Notes: generated from the letters alone by a model not told the origin. 64,000 bases of DNA from an uncultured Chloroflexia bacterium (GCA_963724295.1 CAVRUC010000013.1:384001-448000), one strand, 5' to 3'; counted from the stretch's first letter, positions 30,025 through 41,149 are shown. Translations and numbers: made by a program.

Positions 30025-31873
30025 GTGGCCGAGAAGCGCAGGCTCTGGAAGGCCTATCAGGATCTCTGCGCGGGGCGAATTTCGCGCCGCGGCTTTCTGC
30101 AGCGGGCCGCCGCGCTCGGAGTGGCGACTCCGGTCGCTCTGGGTCTGCTGCGCCTGACCGAGGTCGCCGCCCAAGAGGCGACACCCGGCGCCGGCGCGAT
30201 GGATGCTCCGCCCTCCTCTGGCACAGAGGATCAGACGCGCGGCGCCGGAGGCGAGCTGAAGCTGCTGCAGTGGCAGGCGCCGACGACACTGAACATGCAT
30301 CTGGCCGGCAGCTTCAAGGATCAGCTCGCCGCCTGCCTGGTCACCGAGCCCTTGATCCACTTCCTGCCCGACGCCACGCCCATCCCCTGCCTGGTCACGG
30401 AGGTCCCGTCGCAGGAGAACGGGCGGGTCGCTGCTGACCTGCTGACCGTCACCTATAGCCTGCAGGATGGGATCGTCTGGAGCGATGGCGAGCCGCTGAC
30501 CGCCGAGGACGTGGTCTTCACCTGGAAATGGATCATCGATCCGGCCAATCAATCATCCAATGCCGCCGTCTATGAGGCGATTGCCTCGGTTGACGCTGTC
30601 GACGATCTGACGGTGAAAATCACCTTCAAAGAGCCGCAGCTCGGCTGGAACAGCTACTTCTCCTCCGCTCAGTTTGGAGGCATTTTGCCGGAGCACATCC
30701 TGGCGGCGGGTGGAGACGCCGGCGCCAATTTCGCGGTCAAGCCGATCGGCACCGGACCGTATGTCGTCGATTCCTTCGTGCCGAACGACGCGGTCCAATA
30801 CTCGATCAATCCGAACTACCGCGAGCCGAACAAGCCCTTCTTCGCAACCGTCAATCTCAAGGGCGGCGGCGACGCGGCCTCAGCGGCGCGCGCCGTCCTG
30901 CAAACCGGCGACTGGGACTTCGCCTGGAATCTCCAGGTCGATCCAGCGGTGTTGAAAGATTTGGCTGAGAGTGGCCAGGGCGACCTGGTCATCATCCCCG
31001 GCACGGCCGTCGAATTCCTCACCCTCAACTTCTCGGATCCGAACAAGGAGGTCGATGGCCAGCGGTCGCAATGGCAGACGCCGAATCCAGTGCTCAGCGA
31101 CAAGGCCGTGCGCCAGGCGCTCGCGCTCGGTGTCGACCGGCAGGCGATCTCCGAGAACTTCTACTTTGGCCCCCCGGGCGAGCCGCCCGCGTCCAATATT
31201 CTCCTCGGCATCCCCGGCGCCACCTCACCCAATACGACCTGGGAGTTCGACCTCGACAAGGCGAACGCCTTAGCTCGACGGGGCGGGCTGGGTGAGAGAC
31301 GGGGACGTGCGGCAGAAGGATGACGTGCCCCTGAACCTCACTTACGCGACCAGCGTGAACGAGGTCCGGCAGAAGACGCAGGCCCTCATCAAGAGCGATT
31401 GGGAGAAGTTAGGAGCCCAGGTCGAGCTGCTGCAGATTGACGCCGGGGTCTTCTTCGACACCTCAGCCGGCAACGACCAGAACTTCTATCACATGTACTG
31501 GGACATCAGTGAGTATGCCTGGAGCCCAGCCGGGCCTTATCCGCTCTCGTACATGCTGCGCTGGGTCAGTCACAACGGTGAGAACATCCCGCAGAAGGAG
31601 AACGGCTGGGCGGCGGTCAACGAAGCCCGCTACAACAACCCTGAGTACGATGCGCTCTACGACCAAGCCGCCAGGGAGACGGATCCGGAGAGGGCCGCCG
31701 AGCTCTTCATTCAGATGAATGACATGCTCATTGACGACGTGGTGGTGATTCCGATCGTGCAGCGGGCGACGGAGAAGTATGGAATTATCAAGACGCTGAA
31801 CAAGGAGAACATCGCCGGCGGTCCCTTCGACGCGCTCTACTGGAACATCGCGAACTGGAATCGTACCAGCTAA
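30025..31873 (+). CDS. Peptide ABC transporter substrate-binding protein (family 5), frameshift near 31270
   Basis: SRRGFL Tat motif, WSDGEPLTAEDVVFT, PIGTGPY; the C-terminal half (ending WNIANWNR) is in the next frame and matches the paralog at 37333. Confidence 0.88.
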
Positions 31874-31950
31874 GAGTGGTGACATGAGGAAGGTGTGATC
31901 CTGGGCCCATAGGCGAACCGCAAATTGCAGGATGCTCGTTCTGCCGCGCC

Positions 31951-33399
31951 TCAGCGGGATGTTGAGGGGATGCTCTGTGGACCGTTGAAGACGTCATCGG
32001 GGTCGTAGTCCATCTTCACCTGTTTCAGCCGCGCCAGGTTTGGTCCGTAATAGGCGCGCTCCCAATCGGAGAGGTCGGCGTCGATGTAGTTGACGTAGGC
32101 GCCGGTCGTGTACGGGGCCATCGCGGCGCGCAGTTCGCGGACCCAGGACAGCGACGCCTCTGCGGCGGTGTCGTCCCACCAATAGGCCTGGTATTGCACG
32201 TCAAAGTGCGCGTGGCGATGGGGAAACGCCGTCGCCGCCGGATCGATGGCCGCGATGGCGCCACCCAGGGGAAAGAACCCCACCAGATCGGAGTCGAACG
32301 GGGCGGCGCGCAGGTGATCGACCAGGGTCGCGATTGCCTCGGCGGGCAGCGGTTCGTAGGCAATCGCTGATGAGTTCTTGAACCCGAGGGTGCCATTGGC
32401 GATCGGTGGTCCGCCAAACTGCTCGGCGGCCGTGAAATACGGGAGCGACTGGATGACCGGGGTTCCCGGTGTGCCCGCCTGGAGCAACGGTTCCAGGAGG
32501 GGTGGCAGCTCGGCCGAAGAACCGGTGAACAGCCCCGTCGCCGAGAACGCTCCCGCGCTCGAGTGGGCGACGGCGAGCGCAACGCACAATCGCTCATCGG
32601 CGAAAGGCGCCCAGCGCTGCCATGCGTCGAGCACCTCCGCTACGTCATCCCAGGGCCAGGTCACCTGCACGGTAACCACGTCGCCAATCGGGTGCACGCG
32701 GAAGGTGAAGGCGGTCGCGATTCCGAAATTCCCGCCGCCACCGCCGCGCATCGCCCAGAAGAGATCGGGATGCTGCTCCTCACTGGTGCGTAGCACTCGT
32801 CCATCGGCGGCGACGAGTTCGACGGCCACCAGGTTGTCGCAGGTGAGCCCATATTGGCGCGAGAGGAAGCCGATACCGCCGCCGAGGGTCAGGCCGGCGA
32901 TGCCGACGCCCGGACAGGTCCCGGCGGGGATGGTGACGCCGTGGTCCCAGAGACGGCGATAGCAATCGAGCAAGCGAACCCCGGCGCCGACGACCGCCTC
33001 GCCCCGCGACACGTCGACGTCCACCTCGGTCAAGCCCCCCACGTCGATCACGAGCCCCTCGTCGACCACCGAGAACGCTTCGTAGCTATGCCCTCCCGAA
33101 CGCGCGCGCAGCGGCATTCCTTCCTGGCGCGCCCAGCGGACGGCATTCCCCACGTCATTCGTGTTGTCGCATACGACAACTGCTGCGGGGAAGCGCGAGA
33201 AGCGCGCGTTGAAGCTCTGTCTCGCCTCCTCGTAGGCGGGGTCCTTAGGCCAGATCACGCGGCCGCTCAACTGATGAGATGGAGATCCCGGCGGAGCGCG
33301 GAGTAGAGATGCTGCCGGCGTTACTTGCGACACTGCCCAGGCGAGCGATGCGCTTCCCGAGGCGACGAATGTACGGCGCGTGATCCTGTGGCTGAACAT
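31951..33399 (-). CDS. FAD-linked oxidase, berberine-bridge/VAO family, Tat signal
   Basis: TRRTF, RSGGHS, GGGIG, RGGGGGNFG, YVNY, YYG.N..RL..VK..YDP..VF. Confidence 0.92.
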   Translation of the reverse strand: MFSHRITRRTFVASGSASLAWAVSQVTPAASLLRAPPGSPSHQLSGRVIWPKDPAYEEARQSFNARFSRFPAAVVVCDNTNDVGNAVRWARQEGMPLRARSGGHSYEAFSVVDEGLVIDVGGLTEVDVDVSRGEAVVGAGVRLLDCYRRLWDHGVTIPAGTCPGVGIAGLTLGGGIGFLSRQYGLTCDNLVAVELVAADGRVLRTSEEQHPDLFWAMRGGGGGNFGIATAFTFRVHPIGDVVTVQVTWPWDDVAEVLDAWQRWAPFADERLCVALAVAHSSAGAFSATGLFTGSSAELPPLLEPLLQAGTPGTPVIQSLPYFTAAEQFGGPPIANGTLGFKNSSAIAYEPLPAEAIATLVDHLRAAPFDSDLVGFFPLGGAIAAIDPAATAFPHRHAHFDVQYQAYWWDDTAAEASLSWVRELRAAMAPYTTGAYVNYIDADLSDWERAYYGPNLARLKQVKMDYDPDDVFNGPQSIPSTSR

Positions 33400-33478
33400 G
33401 CCGGGTCCCCCTGGCCGTCATCGCGGCCCCGCGTTGATTATCCTCCGTTCGCCGCTGACGCAGTGATCCGGCGCTGTC

Positions 33479-33635
33479 TCAACCCTTCACCGACCCGGCC
33501 ATCAGCCCGGCGATGAACTGCCTCGACAGTAACAGGTAGGCCGATCACGACCGGCAACACCAAGACGGTCACCTTGGCGAAGATGTGACCCCACTCGGTG
33601 GAGAAGGCGCCGTAGTGCAGCAGGCCCCCAAGCAG
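33479..33635 (-). pseudogene. Orphan C-terminal fragment of a carbohydrate ABC permease
   Basis: With one frameshift it reads ...FSTEWGHIFAKVTVLVLPVVI/AYLLLSRQFIAGLMAGSVKG*; compare the permease end FIAGFTLGAVKG at 52644. Confidence 0.7.
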
Positions 33636-33690
33636 GCTCAACCTGATACGGTTCTGGCCCATAGCGCGAACCAGAGGAGGGTCATGAGGA

Positions 33691-34872
33691 ATGCGGATCG
33701 AGGCGGTCGACTTCTACTACCTGGCGATGCCGGAGGTCCTCGACATCGGCGACGGCAGCCAGGATCTGTTGCTGGTCCGGCTGCAAGCGGGGCCGTACGT
33801 CGGCTGGGGCGAATGTGAGGCCTCGCCGCTGGTCTCCATCGCCAGCCTCGTCTGCCCCATGTCGCACAGCGCCTGCAAACCGGTGCGTGACTCTGTGCTC
33901 GGGCAGACCCTCGACGACATTGCCGATATTGACCGCATCGGTGATCTGGTTCGCGCCAACAGCCTCGATCTCCTGCAAGCGCCGCACACCCTTTCCGGCA
34001 TCGACATCGCCATGTGGGATCTGCTCGGGCGCCGTTTGGAGACGCCGGTCTACCAGCTCCTGGGGTATGAGCGCGCCGAGCCGCGTCTGCCCTATGCGTC
34101 CGTCCTGTTCGGGGATACGCCGGCGGAGACCCTGGCCAAGGCGCGGGGCATCAGCGATAGGGGCTACGTTGCGGCCAAGTTCGGCTGGGGACCGTACGGG
34201 CTAGGCAGCGTCGCGGAAGACGCCGAGCAAGTCGCCGCGGCGCGCGAGGGGCTTGGCGACGAGGGGGTCGTCCTCATCGACGCCGGCACCGTCTGGGGGC
34301 ATGACCTGGCGGCCGCGACAGCGCGCTTGGCGGCGCTGCAGGCGTACCGGGCCACCTGGCTGGAGGAGCCGTTCGTCACCGGCGCACTCGACGCCTATCA
34401 CGCGTTAGCTGCGCAGAGCGGGGAGGTGCGCATTGCCGGCGGCGAGGGCTCGCACAACGAGGACATGGCCCGCCATATGATCGACCACGGCGGCGTGGGG
34501 TTCATCCAGATCGATGCCGGGCGTATCGGCGGCATCTCACCGGCCAAGCGCGTGGCTGACTACGCGCTGCAGCGCGGGGTTACCTACGTCAACCACACCT
34601 TCACCTCACACCTGGCACTCAGCGCCTCGCTGCAACCGTACGCCGGGCACCCGGCGCGGTCGATCTGCGAGTACCCGGTCGAGCTGAAATCGCTCGCCTG
34701 GGAGATGACGCAGGAGCACATCACTCCCGACGCGAACGGGCTCATCACCCTGCCGGAGGCGCCGGGACTGGGTATGACACCCGATCTTGAAGCCGCGAAG
34801 CGCTATCTGCTCGACGTCGAAATTGCGGTCGGTGGGAAGACGCTCTACCGCACGCCGCGGCTAGTGCGATGA
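33691..34872 (+). CDS. Mandelate racemase/muconate lactonizing enzyme (enolase superfamily)
   Basis: GWGE, SGIDIAMWDL, WLEEP, GGE, PGLG. Confidence 0.9.
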   Translation: MRIEAVDFYYLAMPEVLDIGDGSQDLLLVRLQAGPYVGWGECEASPLVSIASLVCPMSHSACKPVRDSVLGQTLDDIADIDRIGDLVRANSLDLLQAPHTLSGIDIAMWDLLGRRLETPVYQLLGYERAEPRLPYASVLFGDTPAETLAKARGISDRGYVAAKFGWGPYGLGSVAEDAEQVAAAREGLGDEGVVLIDAGTVWGHDLAAATARLAALQAYRATWLEEPFVTGALDAYHALAAQSGEVRIAGGEGSHNEDMARHMIDHGGVGFIQIDAGRIGGISPAKRVADYALQRGVTYVNHTFTSHLALSASLQPYAGHPARSICEYPVELKSLAWEMTQEHITPDANGLITLPEAPGLGMTPDLEAAKRYLLDVEIAVGGKTLYRTPRLVR

Positions 34873-35379
34873 TGGGGATCGCGATCCGGACCACCGAGAA
34901 CCGCAATCGGTCTTGACGAACATGTCGATATCATCGGCGAGACGCTCGAGCTCTCCGGGAAACGTCTCAATCAACCCCTGCCGCTTCTGCAGCGTCGCAG
35001 GTGGCGGCCCGCCGCGTCTGGATTGCGCTGACTCGAGGATCTCGTCCAGATGCATCATGATCAGGATCTTGGAACGTGCGTCGCGGGAGCGCTCTCTCAG
35101 GACCGACGGCAGGACATGCAGGACTTGCAGTGCCTCATCAAACGCCTGCCGTTCGAGCGCGGACGGTGAATAGTCCGACGCGTCCTCTTGCAGATGCCGC
35201 ACGACCTGGGCGTTGAACCGGGCTTCGTCGGCAAGAGCCTGCATCGCCGAACACGCGGCGAGCTGCCGATCGTAGCGAATTGACCACCTGGAGATCGCCA
35301 AGCCGGTAATCGCGCCGAAAATCGCGCCGACGACCGCGCCAAGGAGTGCCCCGATGATCTCTGCGTCGATCTGAGCCAC
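34861..35379 (-). CDS. Hypothetical protein with N-terminal membrane anchor
   Basis: IIGALLGAVVGAIFGAITGLAI followed by a helical soluble region; fills the gap between two + strand genes; start uncertain. Confidence 0.5.
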   Translation of the reverse strand: MAQIDAEIIGALLGAVVGAIFGAITGLAISRWSIRYDRQLAACSAMQALADEARFNAQVVRHLQEDASDYSPSALERQAFDEALQVLHVLPSVLRERSRDARSKILIMMHLDEILESAQSRRGGPPPATLQKRQGLIETFPGELERLADDIDMFVKTDCGSRWSGSRSPSSH

Positions 35380-35512
35380 GGCTCCCTCGATCTGCTGTTG
35401 CGGAGGGCCAGCGAATCTTCGCGGTCGATAGTGGTGATGATCGCGCAATTCGGGTTCCATCGCATGATGTCGACCTGAAACCTGCTGGGAATGAAGTAAG
35501 GAGCATGTCGCG

Positions 35513-36418
35513 GTGGTTATCGGCAGCGCCGTCGTGATCGAGGCCGCGCTCAACGGCGGCCGAGACCGTTCCCAGAATGCGGCGGTGCCATACACCGCGG
35601 GTGAGCTTGCCGCCGAGGCCAGGCGCTGCGCGGATGAAGGCGCCACGGTCTTCCACGTCCACGCCCGAGCGGACAACGGCGGCTGGACGGTCGACCCAGG
35701 GCGGTATGCCGGGGTTCTGCGAGAGCTGCGCGCGGCGGTCCCTGACGGCCTGGTCAGCATCACCTCGATCCGTCCGGAAGGCGTCCGCGTGGAAGCGATG
35801 CTGGAGCTACTCGCGACGCTCGCCGGCGACCCCGCGACGAAACCGGACATGATCTCGATCAACCTCGGTCACATCGTTGCCTGGGAGCCCGACGTCAGTG
35901 GCTCAGTCCGCCGCCGTACGACGCATTACCCTAATGCCTATGAAGATGTCACTCGTCTCCTGGCGGCGTGCACGGCGCACGGCGTCCAGCCCGAGCTGGG
36001 AGTGATGGACCTTGGGTTTGTCGCCAACGCGGTCGCGTTGCGCAACGATGGTGTGCTGCCGGAGCGGCCCTGGTTCCTGATCGAGCTCGACAGTCCGGCC
36101 TATGACTCGGGCGTTCAGGTCGCGCCCTCGACCGTCGCCAACTACGACGCGCTGGCGGCCCCGCTGCGGCAGCATTTCCCGAAGGCGCCCTGGGCGGCCC
36201 ACGGACAGGGTGTCGCGGGGTACGCGGTCATCGAGCGGGCGCTGGCCGACAAGGAACACGTTCGCGTCGGTTTCGAGGACGCCATCCAGCTTCCTGATGG
36301 CCGCCTCGCGCGGAGCAATGCGGAACTGGTGAGATGGGCCGTTGAAGCAATCCAGGAAGTGGGTCGGACCTTGGCGACAGTCGAGGAAACGCGCGTGATT
36401 ACGGGCTGTTACCCATGA
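35513..36418 (+). CDS. Beta-keto acid cleavage enzyme family (BKACE/DUF849)
   Basis: IEAALNG, VP, GA..FHVHAR, PE, VRVGFED, SNAELV. Confidence 0.88.
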   Translation: MVIGSAVVIEAALNGGRDRSQNAAVPYTAGELAAEARRCADEGATVFHVHARADNGGWTVDPGRYAGVLRELRAAVPDGLVSITSIRPEGVRVEAMLELLATLAGDPATKPDMISINLGHIVAWEPDVSGSVRRRTTHYPNAYEDVTRLLAACTAHGVQPELGVMDLGFVANAVALRNDGVLPERPWFLIELDSPAYDSGVQVAPSTVANYDALAAPLRQHFPKAPWAAHGQGVAGYAVIERALADKEHVRVGFEDAIQLPDGRLARSNAELVRWAVEAIQEVGRTLATVEETRVITGCYP

Positions 36419-36524
36419 GTTCGCTTCACGCTGCTGAGAATCATGCAAGTAGCTGAACCCCCTGGATCGTGCTTCCACTTGCACGTGCGGGAAGCGAGGC
36501 GATCGACGAGAGACGAGGCGGCGA

Positions 36525-37196
36525 TCAGGTGTCTCCAGCACGTGCTATCGGCGTCGCCGCCGGAATGCTCTGCCCGACCGGTGGTCGCGGCATGGTCATC
36601 ATCTCGGTCGTCTCCGGTGTCAGCCCGAACACCCCGCGGCAGAAGCGATCCAGCGGACCGGGGAAGGAGACCGCCTCGCCCGACCCCTCGATGAGATCGA
36701 GCGCATTGAGCGCGTCCATCACCTCGGCGGGATCGGCGAAGAGCCAGCGGGCAAAGGCGCGATCGTTGGCCGGGCTGACTCCCACCAGGGCGTGGGCGAG
36801 CGAGAGGTGCTGCGCCTCGACCGCGCCTATCTGATAGGCAATTTCGACCTGCGAAACATCGCCCCGTGCTGCCCTGGCGCGCGCCAGGGCCATATACCCC
36901 GCGATGCTGATGGCCTTCAACTCCAGGATGCCGACCAGGAGGAGGGTGCGATCGGTGACCATCTGCTCCGGGAGGGTGAAAGATTCAACGATCGATACCC
37001 CACCGGTGGCCAGCAGCGCGTGGTAGTGCTGCTCGTCCTGGCACTGGGCGGCGCGCAGGACGATGAGCGCATCCTCGCCGAGGTCGAGGTCGCCGTCCTG
37101 GTCACGCTGGCGTGCCACTCCGAGCAGGGTGACCGCCGCGGCCTCCAGGGTCGCGAGCGCATCAAGCCCGGATTGCAGGGAGCGGCGGTCAGTCAT
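36525..37196 (-). CDS. Ferritin-like domain protein
   Basis: TLE..., DEQH, VEAQH helical motifs. Confidence 0.6.
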   Translation of the reverse strand: MTDRRSLQSGLDALATLEAAAVTLLGVARQRDQDGDLDLGEDALIVLRAAQCQDEQHYHALLATGGVSIVESFTLPEQMVTDRTLLLVGILELKAISIAGYMALARARAARGDVSQVEIAYQIGAVEAQHLSLAHALVGVSPANDRAFARWLFADPAEVMDALNALDLIEGSGEAVSFPGPLDRFCRGVFGLTPETTEMMTMPRPPVGQSIPAATPIARAGDT

Positions 37197-37332
37197 GGCG
37201 AAGGGTCAAGGGATTGTGCCCCTCATGCCCAGCGCCCGACCCCTCGGAGCGGGGAGAAGAGAACAGGGCTCCACCCGAGAAGAAAGCCCCTCTCCCAGCA
37301 CACTGGGAGAGGGGTTGGGGTGAGGGCTCGCC

Positions 37333-39228
37333 CTACGCCTTCCGGTTCCAGTTGGCGATATTCCAGTAGTTGTATTCGTACGGGCTCGACGCGACGTTTG
37401 CCTGTTGCAGCGTGGTCGAGATGCCATACGTGGAGGCCGAGCGGTTCACGATCGGGATCACCGCGACGTCCTCGATCAGGATGTCGTTCATCCGGATGAA
37501 CATCTCCGCCGCCTTCTCGAGGTCAGTCTCCAGCCGCACCTGATCGAAGAGTTCATCGTACTCGGCGTTCTGATAGCGGCTGAAGTTCTGGGCACTCCAA
37601 TCATTCGATGCCTGGGCGATGTTCTCGCCTTCCGGCCCACCATACCAGCTGATCATGTACGCCACCGGGATGGGCGTGGTGGGGTTGGAGGTGTACATCT
37701 GCAGGTCGTTGTAGAAGTGGTTGATGTTCTGGTCGTTGCCAGGAGAGCTGTCGAAGTAGACGGCGGCATCGACCTGACGCAGCTCGGTGCGGAAGCCGAT
37801 CTCATCGAGCGCCTGCTTGATGATCGCTTGCGTCTTTTGCCGGACCGAGCTGATCGTGGTGACGTAAGTGATGTTCAGCTCGACGCCGTCCTTGGCGCGG
37901 ACATCGCCCTGCATCGTCCAACCGGCCTCCTCCAGGATCCTCTTCGCCTCCTCGACGTTGAACTCCCAGGACGTGTTGGGAGATTCCATCGTCGGCATGC
38001 CGGTCAGGATGTTGGCGGTCGGTGGCTCGAACTCCGGTCCGGCGTAGAGTTGCTGGGAAATGACATCCCGCTGCACGGCCAGGTTGAGCGCCTGGCGGAC
38101 GGCCTTGTCGCTCATGATCGGGTTGACGGTCCCGAGCTTGGCCCGCTCCCCGTCGACCTCGGTCTTCCAGTCAGCGACCTGGATCTCGATGCGCTCGACC
38201 GAGTTGCCGCGTGCAATGTCGACGACACCTTTGCCGCCCTGCTCCAGGTCAGCCAGGATCTGCGGCTCGACCTGCAGATTCCAGGCGAAGTCGTACTCTC
38301 CCGTCTGGAGCACGGCGCGCGCCGCCGACGCCGCGTCTCCGCCGCCCTTCAGGTTGACCGTGGCGAAGTACGGCTTGTCCGCCTCCCGGTAGTTCTCGTT
38401 GATGACGTACGTGGCCTGATCGTTCGGGGAAAAGGTATCGATCTTGTAGGGCCCGGTACCAACCGGGTTGAGGAGGAAGGCATCGTGAGCCGCCTTGCCA
38501 TCCTCGACGTCGAGGATATGCTTCGGATAGACGTAGCCGTATGCTGAACCGGCATGTGGCTCGAACCAGGTGGCGTTCGGCGCGGCAAAGAAGACCTGCA
38601 CGGTCTGCGGGTCGACAACCTCCATCGACTCGATCGCCGCATAGACCACCGCGTTGACAGAGGCGTTCTCGGGCTCGATGATCCACTCCCAGGTGAAGAC
38701 GACGTCGTCGGCCGTCAGCGGCTCGCCGTCGGCCCAGGTGACTCCATCCAGCAGCTTATAGGTAACGCTCTTGAGATCCTCGGCCAGGAGACCGTTCTCG
38801 ACAGTTGGCACCTCGGTGATCAGGTTCGGGATGAGCGTACCGTCCGGCAGGTAGTGCATGAGTGGCTCGACAATGAGCTGCGCCGCCAGGAAGTCCTTCT
38901 CGCCGGTGGAGACGTGCGGGCTGAGCATGCTCGGCGCCTGCCACTGAATCAGCCTCAGCTCGCCACCCTCGCCACGGGTGCGGCCATCCATCCCCTCGGT
39001 GGGTGGACCGGATGTCGCCTGTGCCGCCACGCCCCAACCGACATGCCGGGTCGCTGTCCCGCTCGCGGTCGTCGCGGTCGCGGTCTCGGCGCGCAAAATG
39101 AACGAGATGATCGGCATGCCGACGCCGAGCGTCAGGGCACGCAGGGTGAACTCGCGGCGAGTGATCTTGCCGCTACGGAGCTCCTGGTGCAGGGCTGCCA
39201 ATGGACCTTGCGGTCTTGCTTTGGTCAT
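37333..39228 (-). CDS. Peptide ABC transporter substrate-binding protein (family 5)
   Basis: TRREF Tat motif, WADGEPLTADDVVFT, PVGTGPY; paralog of 30025-31873. Confidence 0.92.
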   Translation of the reverse strand: MTKARPQGPLAALHQELRSGKITRREFTLRALTLGVGMPIISFILRAETATATTASGTATRHVGWGVAAQATSGPPTEGMDGRTRGEGGELRLIQWQAPSMLSPHVSTGEKDFLAAQLIVEPLMHYLPDGTLIPNLITEVPTVENGLLAEDLKSVTYKLLDGVTWADGEPLTADDVVFTWEWIIEPENASVNAVVYAAIESMEVVDPQTVQVFFAAPNATWFEPHAGSAYGYVYPKHILDVEDGKAAHDAFLLNPVGTGPYKIDTFSPNDQATYVINENYREADKPYFATVNLKGGGDAASAARAVLQTGEYDFAWNLQVEPQILADLEQGGKGVVDIARGNSVERIEIQVADWKTEVDGERAKLGTVNPIMSDKAVRQALNLAVQRDVISQQLYAGPEFEPPTANILTGMPTMESPNTSWEFNVEEAKRILEEAGWTMQGDVRAKDGVELNITYVTTISSVRQKTQAIIKQALDEIGFRTELRQVDAAVYFDSSPGNDQNINHFYNDLQMYTSNPTTPIPVAYMISWYGGPEGENIAQASNDWSAQNFSRYQNAEYDELFDQVRLETDLEKAAEMFIRMNDILIEDVAVIPIVNRSASTYGISTTLQQANVASSPYEYNYWNIANWNRKA

Positions 39229-39540
39229 CGCGGGATCGCTCCTCTCTCGAACGTGGTGTCCTCGGCGGCCTGGCCGAGAAGTCACTCTGCGGCGGCCGCA
39301 TTGCCGCCGTCAAGCGCGCATTGTACCCGGGGCGCGAACGGACGGTGCTAGATGTTAGGTGATGGTGTCGGGGTGTCAGGGTGTCGGCAAGAACGACACC
39401 CTGACACCCCGCGACCCGCGTCCTTAGGGACGACGCAGGCGTCGCCCGAAACGCCCGGCGTTCCGGATTCAAACGGAGCTACTATCGAGACCAGGAGTGC
39501 ACCAGCCAGGGCAAACGCCGGGAGGGACGCTATTGACCGG

Positions 39541-40572
39541 TTACTCGACTGTGAAGGTCGCCTCCATCCCCTGCGCCAGATGCGGTATTCCCTCCGGATC
39601 GGGGAAGAGGCAGACGAGGGTGTACTCACCCGGATCGAGGTCGACCAGGACGAGGTTGCCCTCATCGCCGGCCGTAACGGTCGCCGCGCCGATGAAGGTC
39701 ACCTCCCGCGGCAGATCGGGACCGCTCGCTCGCAACAGATCGTCCGTCGTGTAGCCGGGCGCGAGACGGAGCACCAGCATCTCGTGGTCTTCGTCGGAGA
39801 CGTTCGTCCCGCTCAGGACGACGTCCGGACCGGAGACCGTTCTCTCATCCAGAGTGAACGAGCGATCGCCGATCTCGACGTCGATTGGCGCCGCACCGGG
39901 TGGAGCGGAGACTGGCATGTGCCGCTCGCCAGCCAGCCGCCAGATGCTTTCTCTCGCGCGGCGCTCGTCACCTGGGGCCGGCTCGAAGGTCCATTCGGCG
40001 CGCAGGAGCTGGTTGCCGACGACCTGGGTGACCACGGCCGTGGCGCGGTCGTCGCCGGATGGGGTGACATCCTCGACACTGGTGATCCGGGTCGGAACAG
40101 GCGTCAGCTGTGAGGCAATGGCCACGTACTCATCCCTGGAAAATGGAACGCTGCTGCCGAAGAGCTGGCCGAGATACCGCTCGGCGGCGAGCTGGGTCAC
40201 GGTCTCGGCATCGCCCGCGGAGAGGCAGGCCGCCAGGGACTCGGCGAGGGCCGTCAGCTCTTCGCTGAGGAGCGCGGCCGGGTCGGGCGCTGGCTGGACC
40301 GGCGTGGCCACGCGGGCGGAGACCGGGGTTGCTAGTTCTGGTTCGTCTTCTCCTTCGACCTGGATGATGGAGGAACTGGTGCCCGGGGTCGGAGTGGCGG
40401 CGCTTGCTGTCGCCGGGAGGCGATCTCGAGACGAGGCGGCGGCCGCGGGAATTTCGCACGTCGCGGCCAGCGCCGGTGACCAGTGGAGTCCCTGGGCCAC
40501 GAATGAGGCCATCAGCAGGATGGCGAGCGCCGTGGCTCGCAACTGCCATCGGGACGTGTGAGGGCACCGCAT
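39541..40572 (-). CDS. Secreted protein with C-terminal cupredoxin-like (type 1 copper) domain
   Basis: Signal peptide; HEM and PGEYTLVCLFPDPEGIPHLAQGM (H...C-x-H-x-M). Start uncertain. Confidence 0.7.
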   Translation of the reverse strand: MRCPHTSRWQLRATALAILLMASFVAQGLHWSPALAATCEIPAAAASSRDRLPATASAATPTPGTSSSIIQVEGEDEPELATPVSARVATPVQPAPDPAALLSEELTALAESLAACLSAGDAETVTQLAAERYLGQLFGSSVPFSRDEYVAIASQLTPVPTRITSVEDVTPSGDDRATAVVTQVVGNQLLRAEWTFEPAPGDERRARESIWRLAGERHMPVSAPPGAAPIDVEIGDRSFTLDERTVSGPDVVLSGTNVSDEDHEMLVLRLAPGYTTDDLLRASGPDLPREVTFIGAATVTAGDEGNLVLVDLDPGEYTLVCLFPDPEGIPHLAQGMEATFTVE

Positions 40573-40795
40573 CCGTCGCTCCCACGTTGCTGCCCGGCTC
40601 GTTTTCCTCATCCCGTGCGTTGCCCCCATGTACTGCCCGGTACGGCGGCCGTAACCGCGGGCCAACGCACCAGGGCCGATCGAGTCTTCATGTTGCGGCG
40701 AGGCGGGAAGCGAGAAGCGCATTGTAGTTCACCGCACCGAGTCCTCGGCGCGGTGGGCCCGCCTATACTCGGACCGGTGATGAGGAGGGCGCAAG

Positions 40796-41149
40796 ATGGA
40801 GCGGTTTCCCCCGGGCGACGATCCCGCCGACCTGAATGGCCACGGTCATGAAGAGGAGGAGTGGGCGGAAGCGCTAACGCGCAGCGTCGCGCACCTCGCG
40901 GCACAGTTGACCATCAATCAGATCCGTCTGCGGGCGCTGGCGACGGAGCTTGGTGAGCGAGGACTGATCGATCCAGGTGCCGTTGCGGCGCGGGTGCGCG
41001 GGATCGCGAAAGTGGAGACCGGGGTCTACCTGCGCGAGAACCTCGGCGAAAGCCTGGTCGACGTTATCGACGTCGACGCGCTGGAGCAGGACCTCGTTGA
41101 CTATTTGCAGAGCGACGAGGGTTCCGAGGGTGATCGGGTGATCGGGTGA
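40796..41149 (+). CDS. Hypothetical protein
   Basis: RBS AGGAGG before ATG; acidic helical 117-aa ORF. Confidence 0.65.
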   Translation: MERFPPGDDPADLNGHGHEEEEWAEALTRSVAHLAAQLTINQIRLRALATELGERGLIDPGAVAARVRGIAKVETGVYLRENLGESLVDVIDVDALEQDLVDYLQSDEGSEGDRVIG

